This document shows positions 1 to 10,161 of a stretch of DNA of 32,664 bases, one piece after another. The translations under genes and the position numbers were made by a program. The DNA comes from Octopus bimaculoides (taxonomy: Eukaryota): contig NC_068990.1 in NCBI RefSeq assembly GCF_001194135.2, positions 79,260,492 to 79,293,155 of the forward strand, read 5' to 3'. Numbering within the stretch: the stretch's first letter is position 1; the number at the start of each line of letters is the position of its first letter. The notes beneath the pieces were generated by a model. The model was given only the letters and a program-made list of their open reading frames with translations, did not search any database and was not told the origin of the DNA.

Positions 1-46
1 GAGGATGAGGATGATGAGGAGGAGGAGGAGGAGGAGGAGGAGGAGG

Positions 47-1285
47 CGCTTGTCATTTGGTGGTACATTGAGGATCAGGTCACTCAGCTGTCGGTAGAAG
101 ATGTTTTTCACATTGTCATTGGCATCAAGTGTCGGTGCGTAAGCAATCATCAGTGTCATAAAGATGGTAGCAGAGATCGGTATTCGGAGAGTAATAAGCC
201 GTTCATTGATGACAGAAGGTTCCAGATGGTGTTCCTTCAAAACCTTGGATTTCACAGCAAAAGCGACTCCGTGAATTTTTTTCTCTCCTTTTTTCTCTTT
301 CCAGAAGACGGTATAACCTGAACCTACCTCTTCAGTCTTTCCTTCCCGAGATAGACGTGTTTCACTGAGGGCAGCGATGTCGATGTTAAATCTCGCTAGT
401 TCTTTGAAGACAAGAGCTGTTCTACGTTCTGGTCTCTCTGTCTCTTGACGATCGAGGAGCGTTCGCATGTTCCATGTTCCAATGATTAATTTAATTAATT
501 TATTTAGTTTAATTTTTGTTACTGTTCGACCGCTTGAATGGGTGTCCTGTCGGATGCGGCCTTACCAGCCAGGATTCTATGCTGACATCCGATATTTAGC
601 TCACCTTTTCTTGGGCCTTCCTCATTCATGGTGAGCAGCGGTGTTTCCAAATAGGCCTGCCCAATCTGTAGAACTGAATCTTTGGGTTGTCACCAGATCC
701 CAGGAAGGTGACGATCTTGCATCTGCCGCCAACGTGCAGGTCTGGGCTAGGAGCTTTTAGTTTCACTAAAACCTGCTCCCACCATTCTTACCCCTTCTCC
801 GTTGGGCTTTTGTAAAAAAAAAGTGGGGAGTGGAAGAGTTGGATTAAAAAGAAACAAGTCAATGGCGTGAGTTTGTTTAGGGTGCAGATCTCCTGGAGTG
901 ACATGCGAGGCTTTGGAAGATGGGTTGCCATGGAATGCCGCTAGCTCCAATGTTATTAGAGTTGCGCCTTTCCTGTCAGTCCGTCTGGCATCCCCCTCTT
1001 CCGCTAGGATCAATCGTTGAGTTCGAAGATTTAGATTCCTCCGCTTGATCCACCGTTGGGCTTTTAATTTGGGATGGTGAGGGACAAGGACAGCGCTCCT
1101 GTGCCCTTGTCTAAACAAATTCTTGTTTTTAGTTCTGATGGGTTACCTCACACCCTCTTCCAAGGTCCAGCAAGTCGAACCAAAAGGGGAGCCGGTTTAG
1201 TCGCCGACGACCCGACCATGACAGAGAAACGGGAGTACATGGTTACCTGTTGTCTCCAGGAAGAGACCTCAGCACCACTCCCTCG
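47..1285 (-). mobile_element. RTE (BovB-like) LINE, 5' fragment: 5'UTR plus N-terminal part of the APE endonuclease, frameshifted
   Basis: Manual minus-strand translation from ~487 down: IIGTWNMRTLLDRQETERPERRTALVFKELARFNIDIAALSETRL..GYTVFW / HGVAFAVKS..INERLITLRIP..AYAPTLDA..FYRQLSDLILNVPPNDK, a typical RTE-clade APE. There is a 1-nt frameshift in a purine run near 280-300. The upstream ~750 bp is GC-balanced UTR-like sequence; its outer limit is approximate. Confidence 0.85.
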
Positions 1286-1711
1286 TATATATTATTCATA
1301 TAAATGTAGAAATTCATTCTTTCCGTTTATTTAATCCACACAGATAGTGGTCATAGCCAAAATGAAAAGCTAACAAGTTGTTGAGCACTCACTTTGAATA
1401 ACTGTTTTGATTTGATAAACTATGATGTGCCTTGTGAAATTCATTTGTGTCTAGTTAACAGAACCTGCATATGTGTGTGTGTGTGTGTGTGCTGACAGAA
1501 CCTTCATATGTGCGTAAGAGAGAGAGTGGAGAGATACAGAAACAGAAAGAGACAGACAGAAAAACAGAAGTGAGGTGTCAAAATCTGTTAATGTCAAACC
1601 TACAAAACCCCTACTTTTTATCGACAAGGGTGTCTTATATCTTGGCTCCTTCAAACATTAACACGTCTTGGCTCCGTGTCATGCTACAAATTCAAATTAG
1701 TGCTTGCCACA

Positions 1712-1770
<59 letters not shown>
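1712..1770. repeat. (ATT)n microsatellite
   Basis: Perfect trinucleotide run. Confidence 0.95.
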
Positions 1771-1771
<1 letters not shown>

Positions 1772-1980
1772 CACGTATTGATTACAGTTACTACTCTTAG
1801 ATAATTATATTGCCCAAAATGAGAATGTTTCCCTATACTTTTATAGTTATACAATCACAACCACACACGCACACACACACACACACTCTCTGTTCTCCCG
1901 GTCGCTTCTCTCTCTCTCTCTCTCTCCTCGATTCCTCACATACACACAGTCATGTATATGTGTGTACGTGTGTGGATATG

Positions 1981-2035
<55 letters not shown>

Positions 2036-2882
2036 NNNNNNNNNNNNNNNNNNNNNNNNNNNNNNNNNNNNNNNNNNNNNNNNNNNNNNNNNNNNNNNNN
2101 NNNNNNNNNNNNNNNNNNNNNNNNNNNNNNNNNNNNNNNNNNNNNNNNNNNNNNNNNNNNNNNNNNNNNNNNNNNNNNNNNNNNNNNNNNNNNNNNNNNN
2201 NNNNNNNNNNNNNNNNNNNNNNNNNNNNNNNNNNNNNNNNNNNNNNNNNNNNNNNNNNNNNNNNNNNNNNNNNNNNNNNNNNNNNNNNNNNNNNNNNNNN
2301 NNNNNNNNNNNNNNNNNNNNNNNNNNNNNNNNNNNNNNNNNNNNNNNNNNNNNNNNNNNNNNNNNNNNNNNNNNNNNNNNNNNNNNNNNNNNNNNNNNNN
2401 NNNNNNNNNNNNNNNNNNNNNNNNNNNNNNNNNNNNNNNNNNNNNNNNNNNNNNNNNNNNNNNNNNNNNNNNNNNNNNNNNNNNNNNNNNNNNNNNNNNN
2501 NNNNNNNNNNNNNNNNNNNNNNNNNNNNNNNNNNNNNNNNNNNNNNNNNNNNNNNNNNNNNNNNNNNNNNNNNNNNNNNNNNNNNNNNNNNNNNNNNNNN
2601 NNNNNNNNNNNNNNNNNNNNNNNNNNNNNNNNNNNNNNNNNNNNNNNNNNNNNNNNNNNNNNNNNNNNNNNNNNNNNNNNNNNNNNNNNNNNNNNNNNNN
2701 NNNNNNATATATATCGTGAAATATATTTGCCACCTGAATGTGGCTAACCCTTAAGGGTCGATGCTACTGTAGCTTGTAGCCCCAGGAAGACATCTCCTCC
2801 AGCTGGCTATTGACACACTATCTGTGCCCTATCAGTATTTGCAAAGGGAAGTTATTGATCCCATCTCCAGCCTGACGTGATA

Positions 2883-2927
2883 CACACGGACCCGAGTTTC
2901 TGGGAATTGACCCGTCATCAGCGTGTG
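2883..2927 (-). ncRNA. Minimal type I hammerhead ribozyme motif, core intact
   Basis: Minus strand reads CACACG-CUGAUGA-C-GGG-UCAAUU-CCC-A-GAAA-C-UCGG-GUC-CGUGUG. Perfect 6-bp stem I, full CUGAUGA/GAAA core, GUC cleavage triplet, and a short self-complementary stem III (ACUCGGGU). The only oddity is a C.A juxtaposition at the base of stem II. Confidence 0.68.
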
Positions 2928-2997
2928 ACGTTTTGTCACTGGAAAAAGTATATATATTTGCATTGAGAACCACTTCCCATCGCCAACCGGTGGTTGT

Positions 2998-3042
2998 CAC
3001 ACACTGATGACGGGGCAATACCCTGAAGCTCGGGTCCGTGTG
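2998..3042 (+). ncRNA. Mirror-copy hammerhead ribozyme motif, probably inactivated
   Basis: CACACA-CUGAUGA-C-GGGGCAAUACCC-U-GAAG-C-UCGG-GUC-CGUGUG. Same fold as 2883-2927, but GAAA is GAAG and the closing pair of stem I is an A.C mismatch. Confidence 0.5.
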
Positions 3043-3280
3043 TATCACATCAGGTTGGAGATGGGATCGATGACTTCCCTTTGCAAATACTGATAGGGCA
3101 CAGAAAGTGTGTCAATAGCCAGCTGGAGGAGGTGTCTTCCTGGGGCTACAAGCAACAGTAGCATCAACCCTTAAGGGTTAGCTACATTTAGGTGGCAAAT
3201 GTACTTCACGATTTCCTGCGGCTTCTGTTTATACCTCGCTCAGAAATTTATTATTGCTTATATGTATGTGTGTGTATATG

Positions 3281-3315
<35 letters not shown>

Positions 3316-3879
3316 NNNNNNNNNNNNNNNNNNNNNNNNNNNNNNNNNNNNNNNNNNNNNNNNNNNNNNNNNNNNNNNNNNNNNNNNNNNNNNNNNNNNN
3401 NNNNNNNNNNNNNNNNNNNNNNNNNNNNNNNNNNNNNNNNNNNNNNNNNNNNNNNNNNNNNNNNNNNNNNNNNNNNNNNNNNNNNNNNNNNNNNNNNNNN
3501 NNNNNNNNNNNNNNNNNNNNNNNNNNNNNNNNNNNNNNNNNNNNNNNNNNNNNNNNNNNNNNNNNNNNNNNNNNNNNNNNNNNNNNNNNNNNNNNNNNNN
3601 NNNNNNNNNNNNNNNNNNNNNNNNNNNNNNNNNNNNNNNNNNNNNNNNNNNNNNNNNNNNNNNNNNNNNNNNNNNNNNNNNNNNNNNNNNNNNNNNNNNN
3701 NNNNNNNNNNNNNNNNNNNNNNNNNNNNNNNNNNNNNNNNNNNNNNNNNNNNNNNNNNNNNNNNNNNNNNNNNNNNNNNNNNNNNNNNNNNNNNNNNNNN
3801 NNNNNNNNNNNNNNNNNNNNNNNNNNNNNNNNNNNNNNNNNNNNNNNNNNNNNNNNNNNNNNNNNNNNNNNNNNNNNNG

Positions 3880-3939
3880 GATGAGGGAGAGGGGGATGAG
3901 GGAGAGGGGAATGAGGGAGAGGGGGATGAGGGAGAGGGG
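3880..3939. repeat. 15-bp G-rich tandem repeat (GATGAGGGAGAGGGG) x4, running into an N gap
   Basis: Four adjacent units with one substitution. Confidence 0.85.
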
Positions 3940-5119
3940 GTGATGGAGAGGGGGACAGAGAAGATGGGAGAGGGCAAGGGGTCTTTAGTGGATGCGTGTT
4001 GGGGAAGGAAGGGAGGGAGTAGGTGAAAGGAAAGGGGAAAATAAGAGAATTGTAGAAAAATGGAGAGAGAAAAGAGAGAATGTGGGGGGAGAGAATGTCA
4101 AAGAAAAGGGGAATAAAAAAGAGAGAGAAAAAAAAAAGAGAGAGTGGGAGGTGAAAGGGCAGACAGACAGACAGACAAAGGGAGAGAACTTTAACAAATA
4201 AAAAGGGCGTGAGAATTACAGAAGTAAAAGTAGGAAAAAACTGAAGTTAGAACGGGATGAAGACATGAAGAGATTGGCAAGTAAACAGACAGACAGACAG
4301 ATTGACAGGAGGACTGACAGGTAGGTAGGCTTGTGGGTAAGTTAATAAGAGAGTGGGTGACAATGTAGGAAGATAGGGAGAGAGGTATGTTGATTGGTGG
4401 CTACTTAATAAAGGTAAGCTAGTAGGCAGGAGGGAGGCAGGTGGGTAGGCAGGTGGGTAGGCAGGAGGGAGGCAGGTGGGTAGGCAGGTGTGTGTGTGCA
4501 TAAGAGATATAGAAATTCTTAAATGTCTCAGACAAAATCTTGGGTACGAGATTTTTTCTCAACAAACGTTTCAAGATCATTGTCGACCTTGAGATCCCTA
4601 AGGTCAACCTTAAGCCTCTGTCCCAAGGTCTTTGTTGACTGGACAGTCTGTGTTCAATATAGAGGTGAGACATTAGCAACACGTTGAGAGTTCTGTTTAC
4701 AAAAAGTGTCAAATGAAGATCATCGCAGTGAGTCGACGAATTAGGATCAAATAAAGACAGCTTCTACAGAACCAACATCAGAAGCTTTCAATTCATTCTT
4801 TAGAGGCATCAGCCGAGATAGATTTAAAATGTAGTGCTCATGTCTGATACGTGACTCGCACAAAGAACCCTCGACTGAGGATCGACTCCCTGTTGTAGAA
4901 TCAAAGGCAGGGTTCGAAGACCAGCTAAAGGTCACTTTGAAGAGGAATAATATGAGGTCAGGCATGAGAGGATGCGCCGTTGCAGCGCGTCGCTGCATCC
5001 ACCATTTATCAACCACTCCCCTTTTAGTGCGAAATGCTGCCAGGCACTGGATTGTTACTGGATTGTTAAAGCTCGCAATGCACAGAGCAATGGTTATCAA
5101 GCGGAGTCCATCTGGCCCT

Positions 5120-5334
5120 TGAGGGTTCGTATAAGATTTTGTTGTTAAAGTTTATGAGCAATAAATTAGACTTGCACAAGGCAAAAGTTATTTTTTAAAT
5201 TTTTCAAATAATTCCAAATATTTGATTATAAAAATATAATAGAATTTTTTAAACATAGAAAGGCTATGAGGGTCCAGTAGCAGAAAATAGAAACCCAAGG
5301 GGTCCATAGGTAAATAAATGGTTGAGAACTGCTG
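5120..5334 (+). mobile_element. hAT (Charlie-like) non-autonomous element, left end missing
   Basis: Ends in TGGTTGAGAACTGCTG, the reverse complement of a CAGCAGTTCTCAACC-type hAT TIR. Its internal TAAGATTTTGTTGTTAAAGTTTATG matches 11450-11512, which begins CAGTGATTCTAAACC. Confidence 0.5.
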
Positions 5335-5459
5335 GTATAAAAATATATAGAGAAAAGGGTCAACTGTGTTGATTGCGGGCGCGGGTGAGGACAGTTTGAG
5401 AACTCTCATTTAGAGACTCTTTAGACCGGTGGTTGTAGACAGCTTTCAAAATTCCTTGT

Positions 5460-6144
5460 ATAGTGGTGCGTTTAACATTTCGATAGCAGATCCATTTTTC
5501 GTCACCAGTCACAAGTCTATCCAAAAAGGGTGAAATGAGCTCGCGAGAATGGAGAGAAGAGCAGATGCCAGCTCAGGATTTGCAGTTGCTTTCGGACAAT
5601 TCATGAGGCACCCATTTTCCGAGTTTAGGAACCTTTCTAAGTTGTTGAAGATGACGATGAACAGTTGTATGGTTTGAACTAAGCTTTATTGAAAATTCTT
5701 CAACTGATAATGCAGGATTTTCTTCAAGTAATACCTTAAGGAGCTTATCATCAAGTCAACTAGATGTCCTGTTCGATCTTCATCTTCAAGACTGAAATCT
5801 CCACTTCTGAATTTTGCAAACCATCTTCTGCAAGTTCTTTCATTCAAGCATTCTTTCCCGTAAACTGAGTGTATGTTTCGAGTCGCTTCGGCTGCAGAGT
5901 TTCCTTTTTGGTACTCATAAAGCATTATGTGCCTTAAATGCTCTTTGGATACTTCCATGTTAGAAAGGGTTTTAATCAAAGAAATTTTTAATTTTATTAT
6001 TCTGTAAAATATTTAATTAGTTTAAATGTACACAAATGCATCAAAATAATTTTTAATTCCATTAGACATTCTAAAATAATATTGAATTTCATTCAATTTT
6101 AAGAAAGGTAAAATCGGACAGAACTTATGGGATGACCTGATATA
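5460..6144 (-). mobile_element. Mariner transposon, 5' half (TIR plus transposase HTH to the first catalytic Asp), decayed
   Basis: MEVSKEHLRHIMLYEYQKGNSAAEATRNIHSVYG..RTCRRWFAKFRSGDFSLEDEDR, then after a frameshift KLGKWVPHEL and LVTGDEKW. TIR-like TATCAGGTCATCCCATAAGTTCTGTCCGATTT with TA at ~6143-6144. One in-frame stop. Confidence 0.92.
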
Positions 6145-6508
6145 ATGCGTGGCATACATATTAGACATACTACGCATTATACACATATAAATATTATACA
6201 CATAAAAAATTATACACATATAAATATTATACACATGTTTCCTGAAGGAATCAGGTAATCCTAAGGACGTCAAGTTGTTGACTAAATATATACACCTTTC
6301 ATATCTCCTAATTTTTTCGGTTTGTATACTCGTCATGAGATATTTTCATTGATCGGATCTCCTGGATTTCAGCTGCATGGACACTCTGCATTAAACTCCT
6401 TTGTAAGTCTATTATTATGTGGTTTGCCAGCTGAGTCCGCAAGAAGAGTTTTCTGTGATAGACACACGATTCTATGATCCATAGATTTCACTACAAATTT
6501 ATATATAA

Positions 6509-6819
<311 letters not shown>

Positions 6820-7470
6820 GTATTCGTATATGTATCCCCGTATGTATGTGTGCGTGGGCATGCACTTGTGTGTTGACACAAGGTATACACACCCTCACAC
6901 ACACACACAACTACAAAAAAAAATTAAAGAATTTCTCTCTCTTTCCCTCCCCAAACCACACACACCGCCAAACACGCCAACCCTAATACCAGTCACCGAT
7001 GCAACAAAACCATTACATTTGAATTATTCGAAAGAGTCTGATGGCAGCTGATGAGAGAAAAAAAAAAACCGATGGAGACGAGGTGGGGTAACGCCTTAAA
7101 ATTTTATTTCAACGTTCCTTTTTTTTTTAATTTTATTTTATTGCGATTAGTTCTTGTTGTTGTTGATGCTGTTGTTGTTGATGCTGTTGTTGTTGTTGTT
7201 GTTGTTGNNNNNNNNNNNNNNNNNNNNNNNNNNNNNNNNNNNNNNNNNNNNNNNNNNNNNNNNNNNNNNNNNNNNNNNNNNNNNNNNNNNNNNNNNNNNN
7301 NNNNNNNNNNNNNNNNNNNNNNNNNNNNNNNNNNNNNNNNNNNNNNNNNNNNNNNNNNNNNNNNNNNNNNNNNNNNNNNNNNNNNNNNNNNNNNNNNNNN
7401 NNNNNNNNNNNNNNNNNNNNNNNNNNNNNNNNNNNNNNNNNNNNNNNNNNNNNNNNNNNNNNNNNNNNNN

Positions 7471-7873
7471 GACTGTACTACGGCATTTGTTCCGTCAATC
7501 CTGAGTTCAAGTTCAAATCCGGCCGTGGCCCACTTGTATGAGTTACTTTAACCTTTGGGATTGTCTAAATCAGTGGTTCCCAGCCTGGGGTCCGCAAAGG
7601 TAGTACTGAGGTCCGTGAACTAAATTCCAAATTTCACATCCATATATATATATATATGGCGAGTTGGCAGCGTCGTTAGATCGCATTGACTGTACTACGG
7701 CATTTGTTCCGTCAATCCTGAGTTCAAGTTCAAATCCGGCCGTGGCCCACTTGTATGAGTTACTTTAACCTTTGGGATTGTCTAAATCAGTGGTTCCCAG
7801 CCTGGGGTCCGCAAAGGTAGTACTGAGGTCCGTGAACTAAATTCCAAATTTCACATCCATATATATATATATA
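7471..7873. repeat. Exact direct duplication, 217-bp offset (7471-7656 = 7688-7873), at a gap edge
   Basis: The two copies are identical by eye, both end in (TA)n, and the first starts at the N gap. Confidence 0.9.
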
Positions 7874-7960
7874 CATACATAAGGATAAGAACATTAAAAG
7901 GGGGCTGATGATAAAACTAATTTAAGTGAAAGAGTTGGGAACCACTGTTGGGAACCACTA
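7788..7960 (+). mobile_element. hAT MITE with 8-bp TSD GTCTAAAT and a duplicated right terminus
   Basis: Left TIR CAGTGGTTCCCA; right TTGGGAACCACTG-TTGGGAACCACTA. GTCTAAAT at 7780-7787 and 7961-7968 is close to the NTCTAGAN Charlie target consensus. Confidence 0.82.
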
Positions 7961-8239
7961 GTCTAAATATTTCGTGTGATGTTTTGGCTACTTTTGCGGA
8001 GTCCACTCTGTTGTGAGCATTTAACTCAGAGCTCTAGTATCAGAAAGCCTTCCGCGGTCTTGGAGGCATGGGAAAAGTCGAAGGAACTGCTTTCTTTCAT
8101 TGGTGTTGCTAGAAGAAATCTTCCTCAGATGTGATCAAGGTTTTTCTTTTTTATGATGTGGTGGTGGTGGTGGTGGAGGGGGGGTATCTCAGAAAACATT
8201 AACATTGTGTTTTTACAAACAAACTCAGAAGCATATTAT

Positions 8240-8368
8240 TTACATCGAACGTATATGTACCGTCATCTTGTTTGTTGTTTCCACAATGTTTCGGCTGATT
8301 AACTCTCCAGCCTTCATCAGGTGTCTTGGTAGAATTTTGAACCCAACCTGGGTTCTCATTCCTAAGGT
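8240..8368 (-). mobile_element. Penelope-like pseudo-LTR repeat containing a decayed hammerhead
   Basis: Minus strand GACAC-CUGAUGA-A-GGCUG-GAGAGUUAAU-CAGCC-GAAAC-AUU-GUGG followed by AAACAACAAACAAGATGA. Its 3' part recurs on the plus strand at 9826-9901. Confidence 0.65.
8281..8325 (-). ncRNA. Minimal hammerhead ribozyme relic (GUU triplet decayed to AUU)
   Basis: Core CUGAUGA and GAAAC, 5-bp stem II (GGCUG/CAGCC), stem I CAC/GUG. The sister fragment at 9826 retains AACGTTGTG, so the ancestral state was probably GAAAC-GUU-GUG. Confidence 0.5.
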
Positions 8369-9737
8369 GTCAGCTGATCACTATCAGTGAACTAAGGTAA
8401 CATCTCTTATTTTTCGAGCACCATCCAGAGTATTCGAGCGGTTCAAAGCAGTGCTGTTTTCTGAAAGTGCTCCATCCTTATTGCAGCCCCTATTTGTTCC
8501 ACGTACTTCTCAAGGTTTTTGCTCACTGTTCCCAGGGCTCTGACAATTATTGGTACTACTGCTACCTTTTTCATCGACCACAACTACTTAACTTCCCAAG
8601 CTAACCTGTCATATCTCTCAACTTTTCTTTCTTCCTTATCGCATACCTTGTTGTCGGCTGGGCATGCTATATCTATGATCCAGCATCATTTGTTTTCTTT
8701 CTCAATTAACACTATATCCGGCTTCCTATTCTCTATCTCATGGTCGCACTGAATTATAAAATCCCATAGAATCTTTGCATTTCTATTTTCGACGATGCCT
8801 TCAGGTTTGTGTCAAGTGCATACTTGTTGTAAAGTGTCCAATGGGCCAACCTGGCTATATTGTCGTGGCGTCTCTTATATTCCTTCTGTGCTAATGGCGT
8901 ACATTGGCTAGTAATATGCCATACGGTTTCACCGTTTTGTCCACAGATTCTGCACTTACCACCTTCTGCTGTGTTGTCTATTCTGTATTTTATGTAGTTT
9001 GTTCTTAGTACTTACTCTTGGGCAGCACAGATTAGAGCCTCCGTTTGCGGTTTTAAATCACTTTTAGTCATCCACAACTATCTTTTTTTTCTGTCTGTCT
9101 GATCTTTAACATCCATATGAAATTGACCAAGCATTCTTTTCTTTACCCACCTATTTTCAATTTCATTCGTTTTTAATTTCTTGTATAGCGCTTTATCTTT
9201 GCAATCTTTCATCCTACACAAGCCTGACCTTCTTACTTCTAATAATAGCGGTTCTGTGACATTTTTTACATACCATGCTATGTTGTTTTCTTCTGCTCTA
9301 ACGCTGTGTTCACATCCAATAAGTCTTCTTCCCCACTGTTTTTCTTGGTACAAACAGTCTTTCTGTGTCACTTTTTGGGTGGAGTGTCCCATATCTAGTT
9401 AGAAACTTCCTTATCTTTCTGTCTAAGCTGTTTAGTTCGTCTGCTGTCCATGCGATTACTCCTACTCCACTTCTAAGTAGTGAAACGGTTCAAGTGTTGA
9501 TAGCTTCGATCTTATTCCGTCCGTTTAATTTCGACTTAAGGATCAGTCTCAGTCTGCGCAAGTACTCCACCTTAAATTTTTCTGTCATTTGTTTCTCCAT
9601 TAATTTATCCATTTCCAAAATTCCCAAGTACTTATAGCCCGTCTCTTCTATCTGCTTCATAACATTCCCCGACGGTATCGTTAGCCCGTCCATACATTTG
9701 ATTTTGCTTCTCTTCAAGACTAACACACCACACTTTA
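8367..9737 (-). mobile_element. Dong/R4-clade non-LTR retrotransposon, 5'-truncated (RT C-terminus, CCHC knuckle, REL endonuclease), decayed
   Basis: KCGVLVLKR..GYKYLGILE..YLRRLRLILKSKLNGRNKIEAINT; ETEA-like QTEALICAAQE; CRICGQNGETVWHITSQC (C-x2-C-x8-H-x4-C); KILWDF..RKPDIVLIEKENK*CWIIDIACP; ORF end near 8407. Several stops and frameshifts. Confidence 0.92.
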
Positions 9738-9740
9738 TTA

Positions 9741-9804
<64 letters not shown>

Positions 9805-9822
9805 CATCATTATTATTATTTA
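9738..9822. repeat. (TAA)n microsatellite at the 5' junction of the Dong/R4 fragment
   Basis: Seen directly. Confidence 0.95.
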
Positions 9823-9825
9823 TTC

Positions 9826-9901
9826 AACGTTGTGGTAACAACAAATAAGATGAGGACACATATCCGTCCAATGTAAATAATTTACAGAATTCCTCATCTC
9901 T
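9826..9901 (+). mobile_element. 3' fragment of the same Penelope-type terminal repeat as 8240-8368, opposite orientation
   Basis: AACGTTGTGGTAACAACAAATAAGATGAGGACACATATCCGTCCAATGTAAATAAT aligns to the reverse complement of ~8236-8290. Confidence 0.65.
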
Positions 9902-10020
9902 AAAAAAAAAATTTTTTAATATTGAACAAACTGAGAAGCACCGAGTGCGTTAGCATTTTACAGAAAATAAAGAAAAATCTCCAACGCAGGACAGCTGTGT
10001 GATTCTGTGTAGTGGCTTAC

Positions 10021-10161
10021 TGGTCACTTTTTCCGTCTTCTAAGGATATTTACTCGATCTAAGTTGTTTCCATGGCTCTTATGAGTTCGAGATTTTCTTT
10101 ATTTTCTGTAAAATATCATCATTATGATTTGTCGTGGTTTTATACGATTTCTTTCACCGAC
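10021..10161 (-). other. Candidate non-coding (5'UTR) exon
   Basis: Acceptor GTTGTTATTTACAG|G at 10161 and donor CCA|GTAAGC at 10021. The 141 nt have stops in all three frames. An upstream donor AAG|GTGTGT at 10243/10242 would give an 81-nt intron. Confidence 0.3.

Larger units (their letters stand above)
2713..3212. repeat. 500-bp foldback (long inverted repeat): 217-bp arms, 66-bp spacer; probably derived from inverted Penelope-like terminal repeats or a MITE
   Basis: 2713-2929 is the reverse complement of 2996-3212, with about 17 substitutions and no indels by manual alignment (~92%). No clear TSD; the left flank runs into (TA)n and an N gap. Confidence 0.92.

Noticed and set aside
1080-1290. 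Possible HDV-like ribozyme at the RTE 5' end (GGG-UCG-UCGG-CGA-CUAA resembles P4/J4-2)
   Set aside because: I could not find compatible P2 and P3/L3 pairings in either P1 register tried. A covariance-model search would be needed.
2745-2758. CCCTTAAGGG as a piggyBac end with TTAA target
   Set aside because: The inverted repeat continues ~30 bp outward past it on both sides, so it is internal to the arms and not a terminus with TSD.
6307-6483. Protein-like open frame on the minus strand (KLFLRTQLANHIIIDLQRSLMQSVHAAEIQEIRS) as an internal exon
   Set aside because: Weak donor (GA|GTATAC), no recognisable domain, and a length reachable by chance.
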